Shown here piece after piece: positions 13,099 through 29,344 of a stretch of 64,000 nucleotides of DNA. The notes beneath the pieces were generated by a model. The model was not told where the DNA came from. It did no database searches and was given only the letters and a program-made list of their open reading frames with translations. Each line of letters begins with the position of its first letter. Position 1 is the first letter of the stretch. The position numbers and the translations under genes are program-made. The stretch lies in NCBI GenBank assembly GCA_964016885.1, contig OZ024743.1, forward strand, positions 35,588,001-35,652,000. The letters are read 5' to 3'. Source of the DNA: Eledone cirrhosa (lineage: Eukaryota).

Positions 13099-13226
13099 TA
13101 CGTACATATATATATATATGTGTGCATGTATGTATATATATACATACTACTGTACGTCTGTATAGATATATGTATGTACGTATACATACATACTTATATA
13201 TATACATACTTATATATATATATATA

Positions 13227-13294
<68 letters not shown>

Positions 13295-13425
13295 TATATA
13301 TATATATATAAGTATGTATATATATAAGTATGTATGTATACGTACATACATATATCTATACAGACGTACAGTAGTATGTATATATATACATACATGCACA
13401 CACATATATATATATATGTACGTAT
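13099..13425. repeat. Near-perfect palindrome of about 330 bp centred on (TA)n
   Basis: CATACTACTGTACGTCTGTATAGAT is mirrored by ATCTATACAGACGTACAGTAGTATG. Confidence 0.9.
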
Positions 13426-13434
13426 ATATATATA

Positions 13435-13492
<58 letters not shown>

Positions 13493-13738
13493 GGAGGTGA
13501 GTTTTATTGTAGCACAATAAAGCAATGCAAATATCGGATAAGTAGCACTCTACAGTTTGTAGGACTGGAGTATAAATAATATATATATAACAACTGTGTG
13601 TAACTAATACTGGCTACAATTCTGGTTTTGTGAAGGTCAGCTTCTCCAGGCTGGTACCGAGACAGTTACATAACCAAGTGTCCCAAAATAAATCTAAAGT
13701 TATAGTCTTCCTCCACCCTCCTCCACCCTCCTCCTCCA

Positions 13739-13739
<1 letters not shown>

Positions 13740-13769
<30 letters not shown>

Positions 13770-13786
13770 CTTCTTCTTCTTCTTCT
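13740..13786. repeat. (CTT)n microsatellite
   Basis: Direct inspection. Confidence 0.95.
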
Positions 13787-14084
13787 CACCCCACAAACAC
13801 CAACACTATCATCATTATCATCATGTATATATTGACTTTATTGTCTTACAAAAACAAACAAACAAACAAATAAAATACAGAAAAAAAAATCCTGAGTCTT
13901 AATTTCCCTTTCCTTAATTAACATCTTGCTAATTAATATTTATCTAATTCTCTAATGTTGGTTAATGCATTAATTCTATTAATTCAAAGGTGAGACAAAC
14001 GAAAAAATGATTGGTTTTCAGCCAGAACACACCAGAAATGTAATTTCCTTTGCAGCTGTCTCATTGCTATGACATCTTATAATT

Positions 14085-14540
14085 AATTGTTTTTACATTT
14101 GGCACAAGGCCAGCAATTTGAAGGAGGGGGGGGGGGGGGGTGACTAAATCGACTCCAGTGCGTTACTGGTACTTTATTTTATCGACCCCGTAAAGATGAA
14201 AGGCAAAGCTAGCCCTGGCGGGATCTGAACTCAAAATGTAAAGGGCCGTAACTCTATGCCGTGAAGCACGGTGCCCGACGCTCTACCGATACTGCCAATT
14301 CATCGTTCTCATAATAATTGTTTCTACTTTAGACACAAGGTCAGCAATTTGAAGGGGATGGGGAAAGTCGACTAAATCGACCCCCAGTGCATTGCTGGTA
14401 CTTCATTTTATCGACCCCGTCAGGATGAAAGGCAAATCTAACCTTGGCAGGATTTGAAATCAGAATGTAAAGGGCCGTAACTCTATGCCACGAAGCATGG
14501 TGTCCGACGCTCTACGATTCTGCTAATTATACGATTTCAT
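14085..14540 (-). mobile_element. Two head-to-tail SINE copies (second family)
   Basis: Two units of about 230 bp: CACAAGG.CAGCAATTTGAAGG...ATCGACCCCG...ATGAAAGGCAAA...GTAAAGGGCCGTAACTCTATGCC...CTGC.AATT. Confidence 0.8.
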
Positions 14541-14929
14541 GATGATTCCATGAGTGGTTAAATAAGACAGTAACGTATGAATTATCTCCATGAGCAACAG
14601 AAGATAGCGCCTCCACGGTTTCGATTCCTGCTTGATACTAGTTCATTTAATATCTCTTATGTCAATTGTGTGCTCTTGTAAAAAATGAGAAGCACCCAAT
14701 AAACTGAGACCATAGGCCACCTTTGATTCTTGTCTAATCCCCGTCCACGTCAAATATTGACCCACATCCTAGGATCAGATCAAGGAATCAACTGGTCGCA
14801 ACTCCTGGTAGAATCGTCACCGATTTCCCGGCGACAGGAGACGAGATTTAAACTTAGAAGGCAGAGCCAGAACAGATACCACATAACATCTCGTCTGATT
14901 CTTTAACAATTCCGCCAGTCAATTACTTA

Positions 14930-15060
14930 TGGATCGGTACTCTATTTATCGATCTAAAAAGAATGAAGCGCAATGTTGACATCAGCGGGATTTGAACTCA
15001 GAGTACCAGACCAGATACCATTTAATCCAACGCTCTCACGACTCTGCCAATTTGCCACCA
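14930..15060 (-). mobile_element. SINE fragment (second family)
   Basis: GGTACTCTATTTATCGAT...GTTGACATCAGCGGGATTTGAACTCAGAG...CTGCCAATTTGCC. Confidence 0.7.
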
Positions 15061-15327
15061 TTTTATCCGCTGTTTCTACTAAGCGTATGCACAGCATGTA
15101 TTTAAATATTTACTTACCTGAGTAAAACAATGAACTAGTACCACCCTGACACTTTGTCAGTTAATCGTTATTGGCTTTTATGTCTAGAAGACATAACTCC
15201 CTGTAGGTTATCAGGGTGTCGAAGTCGAAGAGAGACCCGTCTACCCATCAGGGAGTATATATATAATTTAAAAATTATAAAGTTTCTGAATACATTTTTA
15301 TTAGGAGACATTGAAAAATGTTTTTGT

Positions 15328-15505
15328 AATAATTGTTTCTACTTTTGGTACAAGGCCAGTAATTATCCCAGTGTATTACTGGTACTTCATTTTATCGACC
15401 CCGTAAGGATGAATGGCAAAGTTAACCTCGGCGGAATTTGAACTCAGACCGTAACTCTTTGCAAAGCATGGCGTCAGACCCCCTACCGATACTGCCAATC
15501 CACCT
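15328..15505 (-). mobile_element. SINE copy (second family)
   Basis: CTGGTACTTCATTTTATCGACCCCGTAAGGATGAATGGCAAAGTTAACCTCGGCGGAATTTGAACTCAG. Confidence 0.8.
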
Positions 15506-16061
15506 AATGATCGCTGTCATCTTAACTTACTCGAATAAAAAATAAAATCTAATAATCAAATTTAAAAACTCGTAAATAATAACGCAAAAATCTCAAAATT
15601 TCTCCTTTTTCAAAGCATAGACGATTTCTTGCAGGATCGTATATATTATTTCTACGGTAAAATTTGTCTATTTTTTCATCCTATTCTCTCAAATAGTGGC
15701 TTCATAATTGTGATAAATTATGAAATATAATAATAAATTTCTTACAATTAATTATATATTTATATATTTTCATGCTACAATATATTACTACATTAGAGAT
15801 AATCGGTGGCTGATTAATGGATATCAGCCGATAAGGCAAGTCCGATTAATCAATAATCGGCCATTTTGCTTGTCGGTACATCCCCAATTTTCATTAAAGC
15901 TAAATATATTTTCTTTTCCCCATAGGTGTGATCTTAATTATCCTATTCCTCGTCCAATACGAGGCGACAAATGATACGACGCAGCCCATAATTAACAAGG
16001 TATATTTATGGAAATGTTATTTGACGATTTAAGACTGTATTATGTACAACCCAATTAACAA

Positions 16062-16114
<53 letters not shown>

Positions 16115-16129
16115 AATATATATATACAT

Positions 16130-16568
<439 letters not shown>

Positions 16569-16607
16569 CATACTCTGCTCTATGAGAGCATCGAGTGCTG
16601 AAACGGC

Positions 16608-16727
<120 letters not shown>

Positions 16728-16729
16728 TT

Positions 16730-16964
16730 TATAAGGAAACGAAAAATCAGTGATGCATCTGGACTTAGTTTATTTCGTGTTACAAATGTTTCTCCGGCAT
16801 GATAACATTTGCTCCGGACATAACACCCGTGTCTGAAAGAACCCGCAGAAGTAGAATCAGCCAGATCCTTACAAGGCCCATGACTCGAGCTACATGCCGG
16901 CGAAACATTTGTAACACGAAATAAACTAAACCCAGATGCATCACTGATTTTTCGTTTCTTTATA
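16730..16964. mobile_element. Inverted-repeat element (arms of about 72 bp) containing an HHR, Penelope pLTR-like
   Basis: 16730-16801 is the reverse complement of 16893-16964 with few mismatches. Confidence 0.7.
16828..16918 (+). ncRNA. Degenerate type I hammerhead ribozyme
   Basis: Stem I CGTGT/ACACG, CTGAAAGA (one extra A), long decayed stem II, GAAAC-ATTT-GTA. Confidence 0.55.
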
Positions 16965-17065
16965 ATATCTACACTCTCCTCTGATGAATATCGAGTGCTA
17001 ATTTTGGCATACCGCCTACGGAAGCACCATAGCTACCACTATACACAAATATCTATCTATCTATC

Positions 17066-17134
<69 letters not shown>

Positions 17135-17785
17135 ACATGTGTTTATTCATTTATATATTATATTATCTTCATACAGGTAGATTTATAACCAGTCAAACTG
17201 AAGTAGCTTCTTACTAAAATATCCCAGCAGCGGTCAGTTATTTAACGATATAAAACGTTAACATGTTCTTGTTGATTGGTGTGGTAAGCCTACAATACAT
17301 ATATTTTTTTACCGCCACGACCAGCTGTGACATTTATGATATAAGAGGGCAAGTCAAAAGAAATGATTTCACGTCTGACCGATTCAGGTACAACAGACAC
17401 CGCTTGCTGGTTGGCTGTGAAATGAAGTAGCAGTATGAGTTAATTGTTAACAAGCCTCTTGTTTGGATGAAGTTTGATGTTAACAATTAAAGTGAAGACA
17501 TTCATTGCTGTTCTAGCATTGTTTGAGGTGACAGTTGACATGGGCTTCACATAAAGGCTTCGGTGACAGTTGGCGTTTGTTACATGACAAACGTATTAAG
17601 TGTTTGTTTGGAAACATATTGACTGCAGGCGGTTGTCGTCTGCTTGCTCATTCGTACGTTATACATCTCACTTAAGTCCTCACGGTAGCTAGCACACAGT
17701 AGGTGTTGTGTGTTTATATAGAATCTCGCTTTCTCTCTCTTCTCCTTCCTCTTTATTTCTCATCCTTTTCCCCCTCTCTGTCTAC

Positions 17786-18076
17786 AGACACACACACGTG
17801 CGCACACATACACATACATACACACAAACGCATACACGTACATACATACACACACATATACACGCACACATACATACACACATGCATACATACATACACA
17901 TACATACATATACATATACATACACACACGCACACATACACACACACACACACACGCACACATACACACGCACGCACACATACACATACATACACACACA
18001 TACACACATACATACACGCACACACACATATACATGTATATAATATACTCTTCACACTCCACTTGGTCTGCTGAGA

Positions 18077-18107
<31 letters not shown>

Positions 18108-18172
18108 TGTATGTATTATACATGTGTGTGTGTATGTATGTATGTATGTGTGTATGTATGTATGTATGTATG

Positions 18173-18203
<31 letters not shown>

Positions 18204-18221
18204 ATCTTTATATATGCACAT

Positions 18222-18306
<85 letters not shown>

Positions 18307-18335
18307 TGTGTGTGTGCGTGTATGTGTGTCTGTAA
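17786..18335. repeat. Compound (CA)n / (TATG)n / (TATC)n / (TG)n microsatellites
   Basis: Direct inspection. Confidence 0.9.
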
Positions 18336-18594
18336 TAACATGTATTATAATTATACATATATAATTTTATCATAATTGTTGAGAATTTTTGTTTATAATT
18401 TTTGCCCCTCTATCTCACCCAGAAGACATAAGCTGTAAGGCGAAACATAAATATCTCCCCTTTTATGATATGAAATATGTGTCTTTGGCCCTACATTTTA
18501 TATTGAGTTCCATATCAGATGTTTTAATCATTGTACGAAATGGTCGAAAACTCTAAACAGTCGTAGTTCCGTCCAGAACATGATCCCAAAACAA

Positions 18595-19108
18595 TCTGAT
18601 TTCCACTGCCTGCGGTCGTATTACACTTTGAAAAGCTGGTTTTGTTACCCATGAGAGATCACATGTCAGGAGACTAACTCAAGAAGCATGTGTGATTGCA
18701 GTTCCACTAACCCCACTAGAGCACTGCTGTGGTTCATACTCAAAGGTATGCACATCTGCTGCCGAGTTGAATATCCTATTTGGACGAATGCACAAATGTG
18801 CAGCCGCTGATGTTGTCTGATGTTATATTGCGCTTTCAAACGCCGACTTTATTTACTCAGATATCAGATATCAGATATTGGAAGACCAACACAAAGTGTG
18901 TATATACATTTCAGCAGCCCCACCGGAGCACTGCTGTCATCCCGGCTCAATGGTTTGTACATCTACTGCCGGGCTAAAAATACATTTTCGACGAATGCAC
19001 AAGGTTGCTGTCCCTGTTGCTGATATCCTTGACCAAATTCCGTGCCACATTTGTGAATATTTTAAAACGAAGTTAGGGCTATGTAGCCATTTAAAGAAGG
19101 ACCTATGA
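18595..19108 (+). pseudogene. Decayed C2H2-like zinc-finger series, probably the 3' end of an RTE-type LINE ORF
   Basis: TACGRITL*KAGFVTHERSH, CCHPGSMVCTSTAGLKIHFRRMH, CHICEYFKTKLGLCSHL; contains stops and frameshifts; followed by (CTT)n. Confidence 0.45.
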
Positions 19109-19126
19109 TGAAGAAGCTATACAAAC

Positions 19127-19220
19127 CTTCTTCTTCTTCTTCTTCTTCTTCTTCTTCTTCTTCTTCTTCTTCTTCTTCTTCTTCTTCTTCTTCTTCTTCT
19201 TCTTCTTCTTCTTCTTCTTC
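19127..19220. repeat. (CTT)n microsatellite
   Basis: Direct inspection. Confidence 0.95.
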
Positions 19221-19989
19221 TCATCCTTCTCCCCCCACTTCTTCTTGCTCTTTCACAACGAGGCCGGATTCATTCTAAGCCAGCGATCCCAAAGCATCGC
19301 CGTGGAAGTAAATGAAGAAATAAGAAATTAAAACAAACCCTGCCCCACCAAAACCTCACATGCGTGTGAGACGTAACAATCTTTACCACCGTACACTGTT
19401 AGCACCGCAACCATACAATACTACCACTAAAACAATTACTATCACGCCATCACCACCACTAAAGTCTACTACACCACTACTGTCATTAGAATATGTATCA
19501 CTACAAGCCACTCATCGTTATTACTGACTGAGGCCCACCATAATGTTATATCCACCATCTCACTATTACTACCATCACCGCACAATGTCAGCATGAGAGG
19601 AACTGAGTAGGTCATTCATACATATGTACATAGATCTCTCTCTATATATATATATATAAATATAAATTCAGCGAGAATCGCATTTCGGCGGTTAGAAACA
19701 GCGAAACGAAACGCAAAAATCAGAGTTATGCTGGCAAGCGCTCCATAGTTAAAAAACCAGAGCGAAACAATATGTTAAAACGCCATACAAACTGAAAAAG
19801 TGGTCAAGAAAGCATCAACCACCGAAGCCAAAAAGCAAATCAAGCTAAACAGGTCAAAACAAAATAAATGATAAAAATAAATGATAAAAAATAATGATAA
19901 AAAAATGATAAAAAAATGATAAATAGATCATTAGAACATCTGACTGATAAAATGACAAGTCAGTCAATCGCATTGGTACTACCAGTATC

Positions 19990-22225
19990 AGCAACACCAG
20001 CGCCAGCACCAGTATCGGCACCACAACAACTACCATCACCACTACAATTACCAGCACCATGCCTAGCATCATCACCACTCCCACCATCACCATCACCACC
20101 ACCAACACAACCACTACCACAACCGACACCATCACCATCACCACCACCAACACCAGCACCACCACCAACACAACCACCACCACAACCAACACCATCACCA
20201 TCACCAACACCAACACCAGCACCAAAACCACCACCACCACCATCACCACCACCAACACAACGACCACCACAACCAACACCATCACCATCACCACCACCAA
20301 CACCAGCACCAACACCACCACCACCACCATCACCACCACCAACACAACCACCACCACAACCAACACCATCACCATCACCACCACCAACACCAGCACCAAC
20401 ACCACCACCACCACCATCACCACCACCAACACAACCACCACCACAACCAACACCATCACCATCACCACCACCAACACCAGCACCACCACCAACACCACCA
20501 CCACCACCACCAGCACCAACACCAACACCACCACCATCACCAGCACCACCACCAACACTACCAACACCAACACCACCAACACTACCACCATCACCATCAC
20601 CAGCACCAACACCACCAACACCAACACTACCACTACCACCATCACCATCACCAGCACCAACACCACCAACACCAACACTACCACAATCACCAGCACCACC
20701 ACCACCACCACCACAATCACCATCACCAACACGACCACCACCAACAGCAACACCACCAACACCAACACCAACACCAGTACCACCACCACCACCACCACCA
20801 ACACCATCACCATCACCACCACCAACACCAACACCACCACCAACACCACCACCACCATCACCAACACCAGCACCAACACCAACACTACCACAATCACCAG
20901 CACCACCACCAACACCAACACCACCACCAACACCACCAACACTACCACTACCACCATCACCATCACCAGCACCAACACCAACACCACCAACACTACCACA
21001 ATCACCAGCACCACCACCAACACCAACACCAACACCACCAACACCAACACTACCACCACCACCATCACCAGCACCATCACCAGCACCAGCACCACCACCA
21101 CCATTACCACCAACAACACCATCACCAGAACCAACACCACCAACACCACCATCACTACCACCACCACCATCACCATCACCAACACCACCATCACCAACAT
21201 TACCACCATCACCAACACTATCACCACCACCAACACCACCAACACCACCAGCACCAGCACCATCACCAACACTACCAACACCAACACTACCACCATCACC
21301 ATCACCACCACCGACACCAGCACCAACACCAACACTACCACCATCACCACCACCAACACCAACACTACCACCATCACCATCACCAACACCACCAACACCA
21401 ACACTACCACCATCACCATCACCAACACCACCAACACCAACACTACCACCATCACCATCACCATCACCAACACCACCAACACCAACACTACCACCATCAC
21501 CATCACCAACACCACCAACACCAACCCTACCACCATCACCACCACCATCACCAACATCAACACCACCAACACCACCAACACCACCAACACCGTCACCATC
21601 ACCATCACCAACACCAACACCACCAACACCAACACCACCAACACCAACACCAACACCACCAACATCACCACCACCAGCACCAACACCAACACCACCAACA
21701 CCACCACCACCACCATCACCAGCACCAGCACCACCAACACCAACACTACCACCATCACCAACACCAACACCACCAACACCAACACTACCACCATCACCAT
21801 CACCACCACCACCAACACCAACACCACCAACACCAACACCAACACCAACACCACCAACACCAACACTACCACCATCACCATCACCACCACCACCAACACC
21901 AACACCACCAACACCAACACCAACACCACCAACACCAACACTACCACCATCACCATCACCAACACCAACACCACCAACACCACCACCAACACCAACACCA
22001 ACACCACCAACACCAACAGCAACACTACCACAATCACCAACACCAACACCAACACCACCAACACCAACACTACCACCATCACCAACACCAACACCAACAC
22101 CACCAACACCAACACCAACACCAACACCAACACCAACACTACCACAATCACCACCACCGACACCAACACCACCACCATCACCACCACCACCACCACCACC
22201 ACCAACACCACCAATACAAGCATCA
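19990..22225. repeat. (CCA)-family trinucleotide low-complexity array
   Basis: CCA/ACA/TCA/CTA triplets with local duplications. Confidence 0.9.
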
Positions 22226-22330
22226 CCCAGCATCAAACAACACTGCACCACAATCACCAACTGCTACAAATGCTGTCATAGATATGCTTCCAATATCACA
22301 CCTGTGCGATCACTATCACATCATTATAGT

Positions 22331-25300
22331 CACCACACCACACCACACCACACCACACCACACCACACCACACTGCACCACACTACACTGCACCACACCA
22401 CACCACACCACACCACACCACATCACATCACGCTACACTACACTACACCACACCACACTACACCACACCACACCACACCGCACTGCACCACACTACACTG
22501 CACCACACCACACTGCACCACACCACACCACATCACATCACGCTACACTACACTACACCACACCACACTACACCACACCACACCACACTGCACCACACTA
22601 CACTACACCACATCCCACTACACCACACTACACTACACTGCACCACACCACACCACACCACACCACACCACATCACATCACGCTACACTACACTACACCA
22701 CATCACACTACACCACACTACACCACACCACACCACACCACACTGCACCACACTACACTGCACCACACCACACCACACCACACCACACCACACCACACCA
22801 CACCACACCACATCACATCACGCTACACTACACCACACCACACTACACCACACCACACCACACCACACCACACTGCACCACACTACACTGCACCACACCA
22901 CACTGCACCACACCACACCACATCACATCACGCTACACTACACTACACCACATCCCACTACACCACACTACACTGCACCACACCACACCACACCACACCA
23001 CACCACATCACATCACGCTACACTACACTACACCACACCACACTACACCACACTACACCACACCACACCACACTGCACCACACTACACTGCACCACACCA
23101 CACCACACCACACCACACCACATCACATCACGCTACACTACACTACACCACACCACACCACATCACATCACGCTACACTACACTACACCACACCACACTA
23201 CACCACACCACACCACATCACATCACGCTACACTACACTACACCACACCACACTACACCACACTACACCACACCACACCACACTGCACCACACTACACTG
23301 CACCACACCACACCACACCACACCACACCACACCACATCACATCACGCTACACTACACTACACCACACCACACTACACCACACCACACCACACCGCACTG
23401 CACCGCACTACACTGCACCACACCACACTGCACCACACCACACCACATCACATCACGCTACACTACACTACACCACACCACACTACACCACACCACACCA
23501 CACTGCACCACACTACACTGCACCACACCACACTGCACCACACCACACCACATCACATCACGCTACACTACACTACACCACATCACACTACACCACACTA
23601 CACCACACCACACCACACTGCACCACACTACACTGCACCACACCACACCACACCACACCACACCACACCACACCACACCACATCACATCACGCTACACTA
23701 CACTACACCACACTACACCACACTACACCACACCACACCACACTGCACCACACTACACTGCACCACACCACACCACATCACGCTACACTACACTACACCA
23801 CACTACACCACACCACACTGCACCGCACTACACTGCACCATACCACACCACATCACGCTACACTACACTACACTACACCACACCACACAAAGCCACACCA
23901 CACCTCACCACACCACACCACATCACACCACATCACACTGCACCACACTACACTGCACCACACCACACCACACCACACCACACCACACCACACTACACCA
24001 CACCACACTACACCGCACTACACCACACCACACGACACTACACTACACTACACCACACTGCACCACAACACACTGCACCACATCACACTACTCCACACTA
24101 CACCACACCACACTACACCACACTACACCACACTACACTACACCACACCACACCACACCACACCACACCACACTTACACTTCACTACACCACACTACACC
24201 ACAGTACACCACACCACACTACACTACATCACACTACACCACCCAACACTACACCACAACATCACACTACTCCACACTACACTACACCACACTGCACCAC
24301 ATCACACTACTCCATACTACACCACACCACACTACACTACACCACACCACACCAGACCACACTACACCACACACACCACACTACACCACACTACACCACA
24401 CCACGCCACACCACACCACACTACTCTACAGCACACTACACCACACCACAGCACAGCACAGCACACCACACCACACCACACTACATTACACCACACCATA
24501 CCACACTACACCACACTACACCACACTACACTACACCACACTACACTACACCACACTACACTACACCACACTACACTACACTACACTACACTACACTACA
24601 CTACACTACACTACACTACACCACACTACACCACACCACACTACACCACACCACACCACACTACACCACACCACACCACACCACATTACACCACACTACA
24701 CTACACCAGACTACACCACACCACACTACACCACACTACACCACACCACACCAGATTATACAACACCACACTACACCACACTACACTAACCACACCACAC
24801 TACACTACACTACATCACACTACACCACACTACACCACACTACACTACACTACACTACACCACACTACACTACACTACACCACACTACACCACACTACAC
24901 CACACCACACTACACTACACTACATCACACTACACCACACTACACCACACCACACTACACCACATTGCGCCACACTACTCCACGCCACACCACACTACAC
25001 CACACTACACCACACCACACTACACTACACTACACCACACTACACTACACTACACCACACCGCACTACACCACACTACACTACACCACATAACACAACAC
25101 CACACCACACTACACCACACTACACTTCATCACACCACACTACACTACAACACACTACACCACACTATACTACACCACACCACACCACACCACACCACAC
25201 TACACTACACCACATCACATCATACCACACTACACTACAACACACCACACTACACTACACCACACTACACCACACCACACTACACTACACCACATCACAT

Positions 25301-28020
25301 CACACCACACTACACTACAACACACTACACCACACTATACTACACCAACCACACCACACCACACCACACTACACTACACCACATCACATCACACCACACT
25401 ACACTACAACACACTACACCACACTATACTACACCAACCACACCACACCACACCACACTACACTACACCACATCACATCACACCACACTACACTACAACA
25501 CACTACACCACACTATACTACACAATACCACACTACACTACACCACACCACACTACACCACACCACACTACACTACACCACATCACATCACACCACACTA
25601 CACTACACCACACTGCACCACAACACTGCACCACATCACACTACTCCACACTACACCACACCACACTACACCACACTACACTACACCACACCACACCACA
25701 CCACACTTACACTTCACTACACCACACTACACCACAGTACACCACACCACACTACACTACACCACAACATCACACTACTCCACACTACACCACACTACAC
25801 TGCACCACACCACACCACACCAACTACGCTACACTACACCACACTGCACCACATTACACCACACTGCACCACATCACACTACTCCATACTACACCACACC
25901 ACACTACACAATACCACACTACACCACCACATCACACAACTCCACACTACACCACACCACACCAGACCACACTACACCACACTACACCACACCACACCAC
26001 ACCACACCACACCACACCACACCACACCACACCACACCACACTACACTACAGCACACTACACCACACAACAGCACAGCACACCACACCACACTACACCAC
26101 ACTACACTACACCACACCATACCACACTACACCCCACTACACCACACTACACTACACCACACTACTCCACACTACACCACACTACACTACACTACACTAC
26201 ACTACACTACACTACACTACACTACACTACACTACACTACACTACACTACACTACACTACACTACACTACACCACACTACAACACACCACACTACACTAC
26301 ACCACACCACACCACACTACACCACACCACACCACATTACACCACACTACACTACACCAGACTACACCACACCACACTACCCCACACTACACCACACTAC
26401 ACCACACTACACTACACCACACTACACTAACAACACCACACTACACTACACTACACCACACTACACCACACCACAATACACCACACCACACCACATCACA
26501 TTACACCACACTACACCACACTACACTACACCACACTACACTACACCACACTACACCACACCACACTACACCACATTGCGCCACACTACTCCACACTACA
26601 CCACACCACACCACACTACACCACACTACACCACACCACACTACACTATACCACACTACACTACACCACACCACACCGCACTACACCACACTACACCACA
26701 CCACATAACACTGCACCCCACTACACCACACTACACTACACCACACTACTCCACACTACACCACACTACACTACACTACACCACACTACACTACACCACA
26801 CTACACTTCATCACACCACACTACACTACAACACACTACACCACACTATACTACACCCCACCACACACCCCACCACACCACACTACACTACACCACATCA
26901 CATCACACCACATTACACTACAACACACTACACCACACTATACTACACCACACCACACCACACTACACTACACTACACTACACCACATCACATCACACCA
27001 CACTACACTACAACACACTACACCACACTATACTAGACCACACCACACTACACTACACCACACCACACTACACCACACCACACTACACTACGCCACATCA
27101 CATCACACCACACTACACTACAACACACTACACCACACTATACTACACCACACCACACTACACTACACCACACCACACCACACTACACCACACCACACTA
27201 CACTACGCCACATCACATCACACCACACTACACTACAACACACTACACCACACTATACTACACCACACCACACTACACTACACCACACCACACTACACTA
27301 CACCACATCACATCACACCACACTACAACACACTACACCACACTATACTACACCACACTACACCACACCACACCACACTACACTACACCACATCACATCA
27401 CACCACACTACAACACACTACACCACACTATACTACACCACACTACACCACACCACACCACACTACACTACACCACATCACATCACACCACACTACACTA
27501 CAACACACTACACCACACTATACTACAACACACCACAGCACACTACACCACACTACACTACACCACACCACACTACACTACACCACATCACATCACACCA
27601 CACTACAACCCACTACACCACACTATACTACAACACACCACAGAACACTACACTACACCACACTACACCACACTATACTACACCACACTACACCACACCA
27701 CACAACACTACACTACACCACACTACACCACACCACACAACACTACACTACACCACATCACATCACACCACACTACACTACAACCCACTACACCACACTA
27801 TACTACAACACACCACAGCACACTACACTACACCACACTACACCACACTATACTACAGCACACTACACCACACCACACCACACTACACTACACCACATCA
27901 CATCACACCACACTACACTACAACCCACTACACCACACTATACTACAACACACCACAGCACACTACAATACACCACACTACACCACACTATACTACACCA
28001 CACTACACTGCACCATACCA
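22331..28020. repeat. Pentanucleotide satellite (CACAC/CACTA family)
   Basis: 5-bp periodicity; internal duplication markers at 24171/25704 and 24961/26572. Confidence 0.95.
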
Positions 28021-28061
28021 CATCAAAGAAAACAGATAAAGGGAGAGAGGGAGGGTGATAC

Positions 28062-28096
<35 letters not shown>

Positions 28097-28099
28097 TAG

Positions 28100-28130
<31 letters not shown>

Positions 28131-28371
28131 CAGAGAGTGGTTGAAAAATTAATTTTGTGGGTGACACCATGATAGATTAGTTAGCCTACCTGTCGAACAC
28201 CTTGGCAAGGTGTGCGACAGGTAGACTAATGCAGTACTCTTGAAGCCTAGCTTATGCAGATATATGCACCAAATATGTGCAACAGACTGCGTACCAGCAA
28301 GTCTTGCTGCTGCTCCTGCCACTTATATCGCCAACACCACCGGTATAGACAGCCTTGGCACCGCTACCATG

Positions 28372-28445
28372 AAGGTGCGGGGCCTAGTGGTTAGGGTATT
28401 GGAATCCTGATCATAGGGTCGTGGGTTAGAATCTTGTAGCGCCTC
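28372..28445 (+). mobile_element. Isolated tRNA-derived SINE head
   Basis: GGCCTAGTGGTTAGGGTATT...GGTCGTGGGTTAGAATC, homologous to 6091-6155. Confidence 0.6.
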
Positions 28446-28824
28446 TACAACACACACACACACACACACACTTACACACACCCACACATACACTTACACA
28501 CACACACACACACACGCTTACACACACACACACGCGCGCACACACGTACACTCCATAGACAAACACACACTAGACAAACACACACAACGTACACACCACT
28601 AGACAAACATACACAACCACGCACACACACACACACTACATACACACCACCACATCAGATTACACCAGATCACCACAACCACTACAGCCACATCACACCC
28701 TTCCCTCACACGATACCGCACTACACCACGCTACTTCACATCACCCCCCCCATATCATAGTACACCACTCCAGACCACCAAAACTACCATTACCACTACA
28801 ACCATTATCTCCCCCAACCCTACT

Positions 28825-28864
<40 letters not shown>

Positions 28865-28867
28865 AAT

Positions 28868-28908
<41 letters not shown>

Positions 28909-29344
28909 AACGCACACACACACACACCACCATATCACACACCACATCTGACTAAACTATGCCATAACTAACCACACCACACCACACCACACCACACCAC
29001 ACCACACCACAACACCACCACCACCACTACCACTACCACTACAGGCATTAACTCCCCCAACCCTACTACTACTACTACACACACACCATATCACACTACA
29101 CCACACAACACCACACCACACCATTTCCACCACCACCACCATCACAATCACTGAACACATCACGCCACACATACCACATCTCTCACACCACACCAGACAA
29201 CACCACTACTACTACTACAACCACTACTGCAACCACATCATATCACAAACACACACCACATCAGATTACAACACCATACTATACAACGCTACACCAGACC
29301 ACACCAGGACACAGCACATCACTCTTCATAACACACCACACCAC

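Noticed and set aside
15111-15120. U1 snRNA 5' end (TACTTACCTG)
   Set aside because: The downstream sequence does not match U1
18419-18456. HHR-like strings here and at about 16981, 19792 and 33915
   Set aside because: Core mismatches and no convincing stems I and III
19916-28039. 2707-aa Pro/Thr/His-rich ORF (extensin- or mucin-like) and overlapping ORFs
   Set aside because: Several frames on both strands are open simply because the C/A-rich repeats lack stop codons; 5-bp periodicity is not codon-like; there is no signal peptide or domain
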